Part shown: one piece after another, positions 9,033 to 18,635 of the stretch
Position numbering within the stretch: the stretch's first letter is position 1
Layout of the letters: every line of letters begins with the position of its first letter
From: Planctomycetota bacterium
GTDB taxonomy: Bacteria > Planctomycetota > UBA1135 > UBA2386
NCBI GenBank assembly: GCA_046290465.1
Contig: JBKAGP010000001.1
Location: forward strand, 3,040,001 to 3,104,000
Length of the DNA: 64,000 nt
Direction: 5' to 3'
The notes under the pieces: generated by a model
Told to the model about the DNA's origin: nothing
What the model saw: the letters and a program-made list of their open reading frames with translations, nothing else
Databases searched by the model: none
Program-made: the position numbers and the translations under genes

Positions 9033-10385
9033 CTACTTGCCGCCGATCGTCATCACGCCGTAGTTGGCGACCACCGCACCAAACGTGTTGGCGCCCGGAT
9101 CGAGCGCCGCACCCTGGCAGTAGATCTGGCCACCGAGCAGCTGCGGGTCGTTGGGCAGCGGCCGCGACCAGGTCGCGACGTTGCCGTTGGCCAGGAACGC
9201 ATCGATCAGCACCGGGTCGACCTGCAGGTCACAACCCGGCAAGCCGAACGCGGCCAGCGACGTCGGCAGCGGCCCGTAGAGCGCCGAGTTGGTGTCGCTG
9301 AGCCCGTAGAGCATCAGGCCGATGCCGTTGGTCGGCACCGGCGCGACGTCGACGGTGAAGGTCGAACCGATCCACGGCCGCGCGGTCGGCGTGATCGACG
9401 GCGTGCCGGCCGAGCCGGCGCAGCCGACGCCGCCGGTCGTGAACGTCGGGCTGTTGGTCACCGCGTAGCGCCACATCTCGGGCGTCGCGACGCTGCCGAA
9501 CATCAACACTTCCTCGCGCACGAAGTCGTAGGCGAGGTAGGTGTCGAAGCGCGGCGCCGGCAACGTCACCGGCGTGCGCTGCAGCCAGTCGGTGCCGTCC
9601 CACTCCCACGTGTCGGCCGGCGACACGCCGCCGAACATCACGATGCGATCGCGCACGATGTCGGTGACCATCGTGTGGTCGTAGCGCGCCGGCGGCAGCG
9701 TGGTCGGCTGCAGCTGCTGCCAGTCGGTGCCGTCGAACAGCCACGTGTCGTTGGTCTGGAAGTAGCCGCTGAACAGCAGCAGGCCGCCGGTCACCGGGTC
9801 GTAGGCCATGTCGCTGGCGCGACGAGCCGGCGGCGCGGTGACGGTCGTGATCTGCGCCCAGTCGGTGCCGTTCCACTCCCACAGGTCGTTGAGGTCGCTC
9901 GACGCAGCGCCGCCGAACATCACGACCGTGCCGCGGCTCGGCAGGTAGGCCATCGGATGCGAACGCCGCGACGGCGGGAACGTCGCCGGGATCACCTGGG
10001 TCCAGTCGAACCCGTCCCACTCCCACGTGTCACCGAGCAGACCACCGAACGTGTCGATGCCGCCGAACATGACCAGCTTCGCGCGCGCGGCGTCGTAGGC
10101 CATCGAGTGCGCGACGCGCGCCGGCGGCACGTTGGTCGGGCTCGCCTGGCTCCAGTCGCTGCCGTTCCAGATCCAGGTCTGGTCGCTGCGCACGTTGTTC
10201 TCGACCCCGCCGAACAGGACCGTCTGGTCCAGCGGCAGGAAGTAGGCCATCGAATGCGCGGTGAGCGCGGGCGGCGCGTTGTTGGGCGCCAACAGGGTCC
10301 ATTCGGTCTGCGCCGACAGCGACGCGACGACGGACGAGAAACTCAGCGCCGCTGCGAGCGGCGCGAGACGGGGGCGAGCAGGCAT
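9033..10385 (-). CDS. Secreted Kelch-repeat beta-propeller protein with C-terminal LPND domain
   Basis: Signal peptide; six repeats like PPAR..HSMAYD....LVMFGG....DTWEWDG.DW. Confidence 0.88.
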   Translation of the reverse strand: MPARPRLAPLAAALSFSSVVASLSAQTEWTLLAPNNAPPALTAHSMAYFLPLDQTVLFGGVENNVRSDQTWIWNGSDWSQASPTNVPPARVAHSMAYDAARAKLVMFGGIDTFGGLLGDTWEWDGFDWTQVIPATFPPSRRSHPMAYLPSRGTVVMFGGAASSDLNDLWEWNGTDWAQITTVTAPPARRASDMAYDPVTGGLLLFSGYFQTNDTWLFDGTDWQQLQPTTLPPARYDHTMVTDIVRDRIVMFGGVSPADTWEWDGTDWLQRTPVTLPAPRFDTYLAYDFVREEVLMFGSVATPEMWRYAVTNSPTFTTGGVGCAGSAGTPSITPTARPWIGSTFTVDVAPVPTNGIGLMLYGLSDTNSALYGPLPTSLAAFGLPGCDLQVDPVLIDAFLANGNVATWSRPLPNDPQLLGGQIYCQGAALDPGANTFGAVVANYGVMTIGGK

Positions 10386-10575
10386 GGTGTTCTCCGGTTC
10401 GAGGTGGAACGTGCAATCTACCCGCGGTGGCCGCATCGCGCAGCGCGGCGCCGCGCCGACGGCGTCGCGAATCCGTGCCGGAGGGCCTCAGCCGCGCGCA
10501 TTGCCGTTGTCCATGGCGGACAGGATGCGCCAGCGGCCGCCCGGCAGCGAGCGGCCGGCGCGCGGTGGCCGGCGG

Positions 10576-11235
10576 CTACGCGCCGCCGAGCAGGCTCGCG
10601 AGCGCGGCCAGCCGTTCGGTCCACTGCTCGCGCGCGCGGTCGGCGGACGCCTTGTCGGCAAAGCCGCGGTGCTGCAGCTGCACCTGGCTCTTGCCGGGCC
10701 CCTTGGGCCAGAAGTAGACGTCGAGGCGGGTGTCGTCCCCCCAGTCGAAGCGCATCGACTTCTCGCGGGTCGCGGTGCGGATCCGGCACGTCACGTCGCC
10801 GAGCCACTGGCCTCGCCGCTTGCTGCCGAACGCGTCGTAGAGCACGTCGATCGGCACCGGCAGCGTCTTGCTCTTGTTGACGTCGTAGCCGCCGCCGCGC
10901 CGCTGGCCCTTGTCGCGCAGGCCGCGGATGCGTTCGTAGCCGACGGTGATCGTCTGGCACCACCACGGCGCCACGCCGTGCGCATCGCGCAGCCACCTGG
11001 CGATCTCCTTGTGGGTCTTGGAGGTCGACCCGGCCGCGTCCAGCACGGCGACCCATCCGCGCCAGTCGCGGTCGGTCTTGGCCTTGACGGCCTCGTCGCG
11101 CATGCCCGCCAGTTCGGCGAAGTCGCGACGGTCGTCGTTGGCGCGCACGATGTGCTTGCGCGCGGCGGTGTAGGACTCGCCGGTGCGGTCCATGCGATCG
11201 CGCACCAGGCGCTTCAAATCCTTCTGCTTTGGCAT
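10576..11235 (-). CDS. Hypothetical protein: basic N-terminal KQKDLKRLVRDRMDRTGESYTAAR module, DUF4287-like region, SRPBCC-like C-terminus
   Basis: ATG 11235 with GGAG upstream; HKEIARWL..HGV..WWCQTITVGYERIRGLR. Confidence 0.75.
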   Translation of the reverse strand: MPKQKDLKRLVRDRMDRTGESYTAARKHIVRANDDRRDFAELAGMRDEAVKAKTDRDWRGWVAVLDAAGSTSKTHKEIARWLRDAHGVAPWWCQTITVGYERIRGLRDKGQRRGGGYDVNKSKTLPVPIDVLYDAFGSKRRGQWLGDVTCRIRTATREKSMRFDWGDDTRLDVYFWPKGPGKSQVQLQHRGFADKASADRAREQWTERLAALASLLGGA

Positions 11236-11418
11236 TCTCGGTCTCCAGTCGTCGAGCGAGAACTCCGCACCCCGGCTACGAAGCCCGCGCGGAACGAACG
11301 GAGCTTCTGGATGCCCATCGAGATGGACCCGTCCGGGAGTATGCCTCCCTTTGCCTCGCGAGGATCCATGCCGGGGATGGATCGAAGAGGTTGGGCGTGG
11401 ACCGCGCCTGAGGTGCGA

Positions 11419-11447
11419 AGGATGCGCGGTGCGGGCCGTTCCGTCAA
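11419..11447 (-). promoter_or_regulatory. Putative sigma70 promoter TTGACG-N17-CATCCT
   Basis: Minus strand -35 at 11447-11442 and -10 at 11424-11419, 17-nt spacer. Confidence 0.45.
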
Positions 11448-11487
11448 GCGTCGACGCCGCCGCGCGGTCTAAGATGCCCCACCCACC

Positions 11488-12399
11488 ATGGAACGCTTCT
11501 ACCCCATCGGCACTCCCGGCCAGCCCTGGACCGACGCAGACAAGGTCGCCTGGTTCGAACAGCAGACCCGCAAGCGCAGCTACCGCGAGCAGGTGCTCGA
11601 CAAGATCGACGCGCTGCGCGACCGCTTCGACGTGACGCAGTACGGCGCGCTCGAGGTCGACCCCGAGCGCTACCCGCTGTTCGCGTTCGCGCCGAAGGCG
11701 CCGAAGCCCGATCGGCCGTGGGCGCTGATCACCGGCGGCGTGCACGGCTACGAGACCAGCGGCGTGCAGGGTGCGCTCGCCTTCCTCGCCGAGCACGCCG
11801 AGCACTACGCCGACCGCGTCAACCTGCTGGTCGCGCCGTGCGTCAGCCCGTGGGCCTACGAGATGATCCATCGCTGGAACGCCAAGGCGATCGACCCCAA
11901 CCGTTCGTTCGTCGACGACAGCCCGTGCGGCGAGTCGGCGGCGGTGATGCAGCTGGTCGCGAGCCGGGGCGTGTCCTGGCTGATGCACATGGACCTGCAC
12001 GAGACGACCGACACCGACGAGTCCGAGTTCCGTCCGGCCAAGGCCGCGCGCGACGGCGAGGCCAACGAACCGGGCACGATCCCCGACGGCTTCTACACGG
12101 TCGGCGACAGCGACAACCCGCAGCCGGAGTTCCAGGCCGCGATCATCGCATCGGTCGCCAAGGTCACGCACATCGCGCCGCCCGACGAGAACGGCCAGAT
12201 CATCGGCGCCGACGTCGAGCAGAACGGCGTCATCAACTACCCCGTGCACGAACTCGGCCTGTGCACGTCGATGACCGGCGCGACCTACACGAGCACGACC
12301 GAGGTCTACCCGGACAGCCCGAAGGTCACCGACGACGACTGCAACCGCGCGCAGGTCGCCGCGGTGCGCGGCGCGCTCGACTTCGTGCTCGCACGGTAG
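11488..12399 (+). CDS. M14 family metallocarboxypeptidase / succinylglutamate desuccinylase-like
   Basis: GGVHGYE (HxxE), DPNRSF, DLHET, TTEVYPD. Confidence 0.88.
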   Translation: MERFYPIGTPGQPWTDADKVAWFEQQTRKRSYREQVLDKIDALRDRFDVTQYGALEVDPERYPLFAFAPKAPKPDRPWALITGGVHGYETSGVQGALAFLAEHAEHYADRVNLLVAPCVSPWAYEMIHRWNAKAIDPNRSFVDDSPCGESAAVMQLVASRGVSWLMHMDLHETTDTDESEFRPAKAARDGEANEPGTIPDGFYTVGDSDNPQPEFQAAIIASVAKVTHIAPPDENGQIIGADVEQNGVINYPVHELGLCTSMTGATYTSTTEVYPDSPKVTDDDCNRAQVAAVRGALDFVLAR

Positions 12400-12429
12400 C
12401 GGCGGCCGCGTGCGTCGCGTAGCCGCTAC
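12396..12429. terminator. Inverted repeat between convergent genes
   Basis: GTAGCGGC (12396-12403) / GCCGCTAC (12422-12429) spanning both stop codons; no U-tract. Confidence 0.3.
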
Positions 12430-13814
12430 TGCACCGACTCGCCGAACGTGTTGGTGATCGTCACGCCGACCAGCGGATCGAACACCACACCCTGGTAGTT
12501 GAGCGGCGTGCCGACCAGCGCCGGCACGTTGGGCAGGGCCCAGGTGACGGTCAGCGGGCTCGCACCGGTCTGCGCACCGACCACCAGCGCGCTCGCCGGA
12601 TCGAGGCGCAGCGTGCCGATCGGGCCGAGCGGCAGCACGCCGGCACCGAACGACGCGACCAGCAGGCCGGGGTAGGCGCCGCCGGTGCGGGTGTGCAGTT
12701 CGACCGAGTAGTTGCCGGCGATCACCGGCGGCGCCGTGGCGTCGACGTGGCGCAGGAAGTTGGGCAGGCCGGGCAGGTCGAGGTCGCCGTCCCCGTCGTA
12801 GTCGGCGGCGACGGCGCCGCGGTAGACGCCGAACGACACCTGCTGCGACGACGCGACGAACGTGAACACGCCGGTGCCGTCGTTGAAGCCGATCTCGGCC
12901 GGACGCACCAGGTCGACGTCGCCGTCGTCGTCGACGTCGAACGCGCCGTAGCCCGGCACCGTCGAGGCGACACCGGAGTTGCCGGTGACGTCGACGAACA
13001 CGCCGTTCCCGAGGTTCTCGTAGAGCAGCCGGCCGTAGCTCGCGAACACGTCGATGTCGCCGTCGCCGTCGACGTCGACCAGCCAGTGCGCGCCCGACGC
13101 GGCCGCAGGAAGCTGCGTCGCGGCCGGCGTCAGCACGCCGTTCTGGTTGAGCAGCAGACCGCCGACGCCCGGCACCAGCACGTCGAGGTCGCCGTCGCCG
13201 TCGAGGTCGCGCGCCGGCGGCGCCTGGTAGTACTCGAAGCCGAGGCCGAGCGGCACGTTGAGCAGGCGCACCGCGGTCTGGTCGGAGAACACACCGGCAC
13301 CGTTGTTCTCGTAGTAGCGGCAGCCATCGGGTCCGACCGCGAGCCAGTCGGCATCGCCGTCGCCGTCGAAGTCGGCCACGACGTGGTTCTTGGTGTCGAA
13401 CGCCTGCGCCGGCAGGGCCGTCGCGGTGACGTTGGTGAACACACCGGCGCCGTTGTTGACGTAGACCTCGTTGGACACGAAGTCCTCGTTGCCCATCAGC
13501 AGGTCGAGGTCGCCGTCGCCGTCGATGTCGACGAGGTCGACGCAGTGGTTGTCGACGAACGCCGGCGAGGTCAGGCGGGTGGCGGACTCGTCGACGAAGC
13601 CGCCGTTGCCGTCGTTGATCAGCACTTGCGCCGCGAAGAAGTCGTTGGCCGCGACGAGATCGAGATCGCCGTCACCGTCGAGGTCGCCGCTGGTCAGCTT
13701 GACGGGGTTGAGGTTCTGCGGGAGCGTCGCGAAGCGCGTCGCCCGGAACGGCGACTGGGCCGACGCGGCGGCGCACAGGACGAGGGAAGAGAGCAGGCAG
13801 AGGGGTCGTTGCAT
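12426..13814 (-). CDS. Secreted FG-GAP/VCBS repeat protein with C-terminal LPNV domain
   Basis: Signal peptide; repeated D(L/I/V)DGDGDxD Ca-binding loops. Confidence 0.88.
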   Translation of the reverse strand: MQRPLCLLSSLVLCAAASAQSPFRATRFATLPQNLNPVKLTSGDLDGDGDLDLVAANDFFAAQVLINDGNGGFVDESATRLTSPAFVDNHCVDLVDIDGDGDLDLLMGNEDFVSNEVYVNNGAGVFTNVTATALPAQAFDTKNHVVADFDGDGDADWLAVGPDGCRYYENNGAGVFSDQTAVRLLNVPLGLGFEYYQAPPARDLDGDGDLDVLVPGVGGLLLNQNGVLTPAATQLPAAASGAHWLVDVDGDGDIDVFASYGRLLYENLGNGVFVDVTGNSGVASTVPGYGAFDVDDDGDVDLVRPAEIGFNDGTGVFTFVASSQQVSFGVYRGAVAADYDGDGDLDLPGLPNFLRHVDATAPPVIAGNYSVELHTRTGGAYPGLLVASFGAGVLPLGPIGTLRLDPASALVVGAQTGASPLTVTWALPNVPALVGTPLNYQGVVFDPLVGVTITNTFGESVQ

Positions 13815-14010
13815 CGGACTCCGAGGGGTGGGTCGTTGCCTTGGGGGCGCGCGACCAGGAGCAACTGCCATGCCCGTCCCACCGATGTCCCGGCGCGGAC
13901 ACGACAGCGGCCCGGACGTTCCGCGGGCGTAACGGCAAGGCCGTCGACGCCGGCGATGCGCCGGGCCGCTGGCGCGACGCCCCGGAGGGCGCCGCAGCTT
14001 TGGACCTGGA

Positions 14011-16413
14011 CTACAGGATCACGAAGTCGAACGTGTAGTCGGCACCGAGCGCCGGGATGAAGTCGCCGCCCAGCACGATGCCGGTCGTCGAGCTGCTCAT
14101 GTCCTGGCCGAACGTCTGCGTGCCGAGGCCGAGCACCAGGCGCCAGCCGTTCGACAGCTGCAGCGGGTTGCTCGGGAACACGATCGGGTTGTTCATGCCG
14201 ACCTGCGCCGAGACCGTCGAGCCGATCAGGTTGGTGTCGTTCGGGATCGGCAGCACCGGGATGTTGGACGTCGAGACCGGGTAGATCAGGATCGGCGCGA
14301 CGCGCAGCACGTCGTCGACCTCCGGGCCGAACGGCAGCGCACCTTCTTGCAGACCGATGAACAGGAAGCACTCCGGCTCCGCCGCGGCGAACTCCGCGCC
14401 GCCGAGGTAGATCGTGTAGGCACCGGCCGAACCGAAGCCGCTGCCGTTCCACGAGGCGATCGGGTTGGCCGCACCGGGGCCGTCCGGCTGGCGCTCGACC
14501 TCGAACGGACCGTTGGTCCACAGGTTGTCGCCGTTGGCGTCCTGGGCGTCGTTGTTGTAGCGCGAGACCGCGATCAGCACCGGACCGGGGCCGGTCAGGA
14601 ACTGGCCGGTCAGGGTCGAGCGCAGCGTGCCCGGATCGTCGTCCCGGAACGCGATGCCGGTGCCATCCGGCTTGAACATCCACATCTGCGTGTCGAACGC
14701 AGCGCCGCCGACCGTGCTGGCCGAGAACGACGCGACGTCGAAGACGTTGACCAGGAACATGTCGACGTCGTTGGCACTGTCGAGCGTGCCGCGGATCTCG
14801 GCGATCGCGCCCGCGCCGGTGGTGACGTCGGCCGTGCCCGGCAGCTCACCCGCGTCGGCGACCTCCGAGAAGATCTGGCCAGGGATGTAGTCGATCGAGA
14901 ACAGGCTGATCGCCCCGTCGCCTTCGCTGGTCACCGCCAGCAGCGGCGTGCCGGTCGAGCTCTCGCTCGCCGGGATGAACTGCAGGCCCTCGGGCGCCTC
15001 GGCGCCGATGCCGCTCTCACCGGCGACGTCGATCACGTCGCGCAGGATCGGGTTGTTGGGGTTCTGCACGCTGTAGACCAGCACCGAGTTGGTGCGCTCG
15101 AGGCCGATGAACAGCAGCGGCAGGCCGTTGACCTCGCCGAACACGATCGACTCCGGCTCCGGGCCCTTGTCGTCCGAGCGGCCGTCTTCCCACAGGCCGC
15201 GCGCCAGCATCGTGCGCTCGAACTCGTCGCCCGAGTCGAACACGAGGTTGCCGCCGGTGTCCCAGATCGTGAACGAACGGGCGCCGAACGAGTAGAGCTG
15301 GTCGACGTCGCCGTCGTTGTCGGTGTCGCCGCGGGCGATGTCGTAGTCGCTGGTGACGAACTTCAGGCGACCGAGGATCGCATCGTCATTGAGATCGGCC
15401 GAGGAGTAGAGGCCGGTTTCGGGCGTCGGGTCCTCGGTATCGAGCGTGAAGCCGTCCTCGAGGTCATCGCCGCGCGTCTCGTCGCCGAAGCCCGCGAAGT
15501 CGTCGCGGCCGTCACCTTCGTTGGCCGTCGCGATGTACTCGACGCCGCCGACCGTGAAGCTGGTGATCGCGTCCGGCATGTAGTAGCCGAGGATCGGGAA
15601 GTTGAGGAAGTTGCCGTCGATGCCGTCGTCGTTCGACGGATCGAACGCGTTGCCCGGCAGGTTGTGGTCCTTCTCGCCGAGCGGGAAGATGTCGGTGACG
15701 GTGACGGTCGCGATGTCGACGACGGCGATCGCGTTGTTCTCCTGCAGCGTGCAGTAGGCGGTCGTGCCGGCGGCGTTGATCGTCAGGTACTCCGGCTCGA
15801 CGTCCTGCGCGAGCGTGATGCCGTTGACGTCCGACAGGCGCACCCCGGCGGCCTGCAGCGCGGCCTTCTGCGCGTTGAACGGCACGAAGCTGGCCGTCTG
15901 GGCGGTGCGCGACGCGACGTCGACGACGCTGATCGAACCCTCGGGGTTGTTCAGGCCGGTGGCCTCGTCGGCCTCGCCTTCGTTGGCGGTCAGCACCTTG
16001 CTGCCGTCCGGCGTGAACGCGAGCATGTCCGGCAGCGGGCCGACGGTGACCGAGGCGCCGCTGACGGCACCGGTCGCAGCATCGAAGAACTGCACCTGGC
16101 CGAGGTCCTGCTTGGTCGGGCCTTCGACGGCGACCGCGACGAGGCCGTTGTAGACCGCGACGCTGTTGGGCGCGCCGGCGAGCGGGATCGAGCCGATCAG
16201 CGACAGCTGGCCGGTGGCCGACGACGTGAACACGTCGAGCTCGTCGCTGCCCGGGTTGGTGACGAAGTAGCGGCCGCTGCCGGCGTCGTAGGCGACGATC
16301 TCGCCTTCCTGGTTGGTCGACTGGATCGTCGAGAGGTGCGTGTGCGAGATCTGCGCCGAGAGCGACGCGGTCGCAGCGAGGGCGGCGGCGAGCGCCAGGA
16401 TCCGGATGGTCAT
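14011..16413 (-). CDS. Secreted choice-of-anchor I (alkaline-phosphatase-associated propeller) protein with DVUA0089-like and C-terminal IPND domains
   Basis: PNSVAV, VGPLPDML.F, ANEGE, DVEPEY, LQENNA, YMPDAI, FGARSFTIW, DGRSDDKGPEPE, FIGLERT; later DAGEL...DVDMF...FDTQMWMF. Confidence 0.82.
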   Translation of the reverse strand: MTIRILALAAALAATASLSAQISHTHLSTIQSTNQEGEIVAYDAGSGRYFVTNPGSDELDVFTSSATGQLSLIGSIPLAGAPNSVAVYNGLVAVAVEGPTKQDLGQVQFFDAATGAVSGASVTVGPLPDMLAFTPDGSKVLTANEGEADEATGLNNPEGSISVVDVASRTAQTASFVPFNAQKAALQAAGVRLSDVNGITLAQDVEPEYLTINAAGTTAYCTLQENNAIAVVDIATVTVTDIFPLGEKDHNLPGNAFDPSNDDGIDGNFLNFPILGYYMPDAITSFTVGGVEYIATANEGDGRDDFAGFGDETRGDDLEDGFTLDTEDPTPETGLYSSADLNDDAILGRLKFVTSDYDIARGDTDNDGDVDQLYSFGARSFTIWDTGGNLVFDSGDEFERTMLARGLWEDGRSDDKGPEPESIVFGEVNGLPLLFIGLERTNSVLVYSVQNPNNPILRDVIDVAGESGIGAEAPEGLQFIPASESSTGTPLLAVTSEGDGAISLFSIDYIPGQIFSEVADAGELPGTADVTTGAGAIAEIRGTLDSANDVDMFLVNVFDVASFSASTVGGAAFDTQMWMFKPDGTGIAFRDDDPGTLRSTLTGQFLTGPGPVLIAVSRYNNDAQDANGDNLWTNGPFEVERQPDGPGAANPIASWNGSGFGSAGAYTIYLGGAEFAAAEPECFLFIGLQEGALPFGPEVDDVLRVAPILIYPVSTSNIPVLPIPNDTNLIGSTVSAQVGMNNPIVFPSNPLQLSNGWRLVLGLGTQTFGQDMSSSTTGIVLGGDFIPALGADYTFDFVIL

Positions 16414-16624
16414 GTGGTGTCTAGTTGCTGGGTGTTCGCTTGCGGAATTGCCAGGTCATTGGCGGCGCCAAAGAGACGCGCAACGACGAGGCAGTGAGCA
16501 AACGCCACCGCGAGAAGGGCACGACATGCCGCGATGAAGGAACGCGCAACGAGCCGTGAATCGGAGGTGGGCACCCAGATCAAGACGGCGTGAAGACTCC
16601 CGCGGCGCGACCAAGAGCCGCTCG

Positions 16625-17518
16625 TCAGCCGTCGTAGTCCATGCCGCCGAGACCCGAACGCATGCGGCGCTTGCGGTGGTCGCGCAGGTGGAACCTCGAC
16701 TGGCGCAGGTCCCACTCGCCGCGGCGCAGGGCCTGCAGCACCACCAGGATGTCGTCGCGACAGTTGGGGCAGCCGGCCTTCTCCGACGGCGCCGCGCTGG
16801 CGATCGTCGCCAGGATCGCCGCGTCGACCGTCCGCTGGAACAGCTGCGCCTCGCCGCGCGCGGCGGCGCGGACCACGGCATCCAGCTCCGAACGCAGCTT
16901 GTGGACGTAGCGTGGGCGATGGCCGCGCAGTGCCGCGACGTTGGTCTCGACGTGCGGCGGCACCGGCGCGACCCACGCACGCTGCTGCGACAACAACCTG
17001 CGCGCCTCCTCCAGCACGCCGAGCGCTTCGTCGACGTGGTCGCGCCGGCTCAGTTCGTCGGCGAGCCGGCGGTGCGCCCGATAGCAGGCCGCAGCGGCCT
17101 TCCCGATGTCGTGGCGGTGCGTGCCGGCAACCCGTTCCAGCGGCGGGTGCGACGGCAGCACCCCATACGTGCGGAAGGCGGCGACCTGCCGGCGCAGGCC
17201 GTCGCGTTCGGCGGCCTTGCGTTCGAGGGGCAGGCTGCGCCCGATCTTGCCGATGGCCTCGTCCAGGGCGCCGTCGAGCGCCGCCTCGCGTTGCTTGACG
17301 GTCTCGCCGTAGCTGGCGATGGCTTCGCGAACCCGGCGGTGGAGTCGCCCCAGCTTGTCGGGGGCGGCCTCGTCACCGTGGTGAGCCTTCTCCGTGCCAA
17401 CCTCCGGTTGGCCACCCTGACCCGCGCAGGCGGAGCAGAGCAGCACCATGGTCAGCAGGTTGGTGATGGCCAACGGCCAGCACGGCATCGCGGCCAGAAT
17501 CTGTCGAAAGGGGTTCAT
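16625..17518 (-). CDS. Hypothetical helical protein, possible lipoprotein
   Basis: GAGG before ATG 17518; hydrophobic N-terminus ending LLCSAC; no family recognised. Confidence 0.5.
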   Translation of the reverse strand: MNPFRQILAAMPCWPLAITNLLTMVLLCSACAGQGGQPEVGTEKAHHGDEAAPDKLGRLHRRVREAIASYGETVKQREAALDGALDEAIGKIGRSLPLERKAAERDGLRRQVAAFRTYGVLPSHPPLERVAGTHRHDIGKAAAACYRAHRRLADELSRRDHVDEALGVLEEARRLLSQQRAWVAPVPPHVETNVAALRGHRPRYVHKLRSELDAVVRAAARGEAQLFQRTVDAAILATIASAAPSEKAGCPNCRDDILVVLQALRRGEWDLRQSRFHLRDHRKRRMRSGLGGMDYDG

Positions 17519-17745
17519 CTGTCGTTCCTCGTCGGGACCAGGCAACGCGACGGACCACCGTGGTCCCCGCGCGCTACCCCTGTCGCGCGGGCACGCCGCG
17601 AGGTCGGCACCGGTTTTTCGTCGAAGGGGCTGGCCGCGCCTGCGACCGGCGGTCTACCGGGGCGCGCATCCGCACATCGCCTGCGGTCGCAGCGCCACGT
17701 TCTCGGCCACGTTCTCGGCTGGCAGGGAAGCCGGAGGGATCGCTG

Positions 17746-18132
17746 CTAGTTGGGCCGCCGCAATGGGCGAGTCCGTGGCTTCTGCTTTGCCTGGCCTTGC
17801 TGAGGGAACAAGTACTTCGCGATCACGAGAACGATTCCGTAGGCCTGCACCAGCGTCGCGGTCAGCCAGATCCGCAGAGTGACCGCGTCCAGCTGGAGCA
17901 ACTGGAACGACGCGAGCGCCAACACGCCGACGTTGACGACGGTCAGGAGGCCGATGAGGATGCCGAGCATCCACATCATGAACTTCCCCCGCAGCTCGCG
18001 GTCCTTCTTCTGATCCTCCTCGTCCTGGGAGAGCTCCTTCGAGCGCGTGCCCTGCTCCTGCTTGACCTGGCGCCGCAGACCTGCGAAGAGGGCGCGTTCG
18101 CGATCTTCGTTGGAAGCGTCTTCGCCAGCCAT
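17746..18132 (-). CDS. Two-TM membrane protein coupled to the ImmA/IrrE gene
   Basis: Charged N-terminus, two hydrophobic helices, ends IVLVIAKYLFP; start overlaps the upstream stop codon. Confidence 0.8.
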   Translation of the reverse strand: MAGEDASNEDRERALFAGLRRQVKQEQGTRSKELSQDEEDQKKDRELRGKFMMWMLGILIGLLTVVNVGVLALASFQLLQLDAVTLRIWLTATLVQAYGIVLVIAKYLFPQQGQAKQKPRTRPLRRPN

Positions 18133-18635
18133 CAGGACTTGCGGGCCTTGTCCAGCCTGACGCGGAGCGCATGCGGCGAGACCTTGAACCGTCGGGCAGC
18201 TCTCGCGAGGTCGGCCAGCGACGGGTCACCCCCCAAGTCCTTCAGCAGATCCTCGATGTGCTCGTCCGGCATCAGGAGGCGCGCGGCAAACTCGTTGGCG
18301 TAGACCTCATCCTCGCTGCGGCTCGATTCGCTGCGATAGTCGACGTAGCTGAACTTGCCCTTCTTGTCGTTGTCGAAGAAGTGGCCGAGCTCGTGAGCGC
18401 AGGAGAAGCGTCGGCGGTTTTCGTGGTCACGAACCTCGAGGTAGATGACCGCGTTCTCTCCTTCGCCCTTCTCGATCGCTCCACTGACGTCATCTGGCAA
18501 CTTGACGTCGAAGACCTCGACACCGTTCTCCCGGGCGATCGCAATCGGATCCACGGGCAGACTTCCGTCCCAGTGCCACGTCAGAATGGTGGCTGCATCA
18601 CGCGCTGCGCGGGATCGGGTGTCTCCGGATGGCAC
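18132..18635 (-). CDS. ImmA/IrrE family metallo-endopeptidase
   Basis: PVDPIAIA, RRRFSCAHELGH, EVYANEFAARLLMP, FKVS..ALRVRL. Confidence 0.92.
   Translation of the reverse strand: MPSGDTRSRAARDAATILTWHWDGSLPVDPIAIARENGVEVFDVKLPDDVSGAIEKGEGENAVIYLEVRDHENRRRFSCAHELGHFFDNDKKGKFSYVDYRSESSRSEDEVYANEFAARLLMPDEHIEDLLKDLGGDPSLADLARAARRFKVSPHALRVRLDKARKS

Noticed and set aside
7065..10880. 1271-aa plus-strand ORF
   Set aside because: Arg/Ala/Gly-rich shadow ORF out of frame with the hydrolase and antisense to the ThuA and Kelch genes; typical high-GC artefact.
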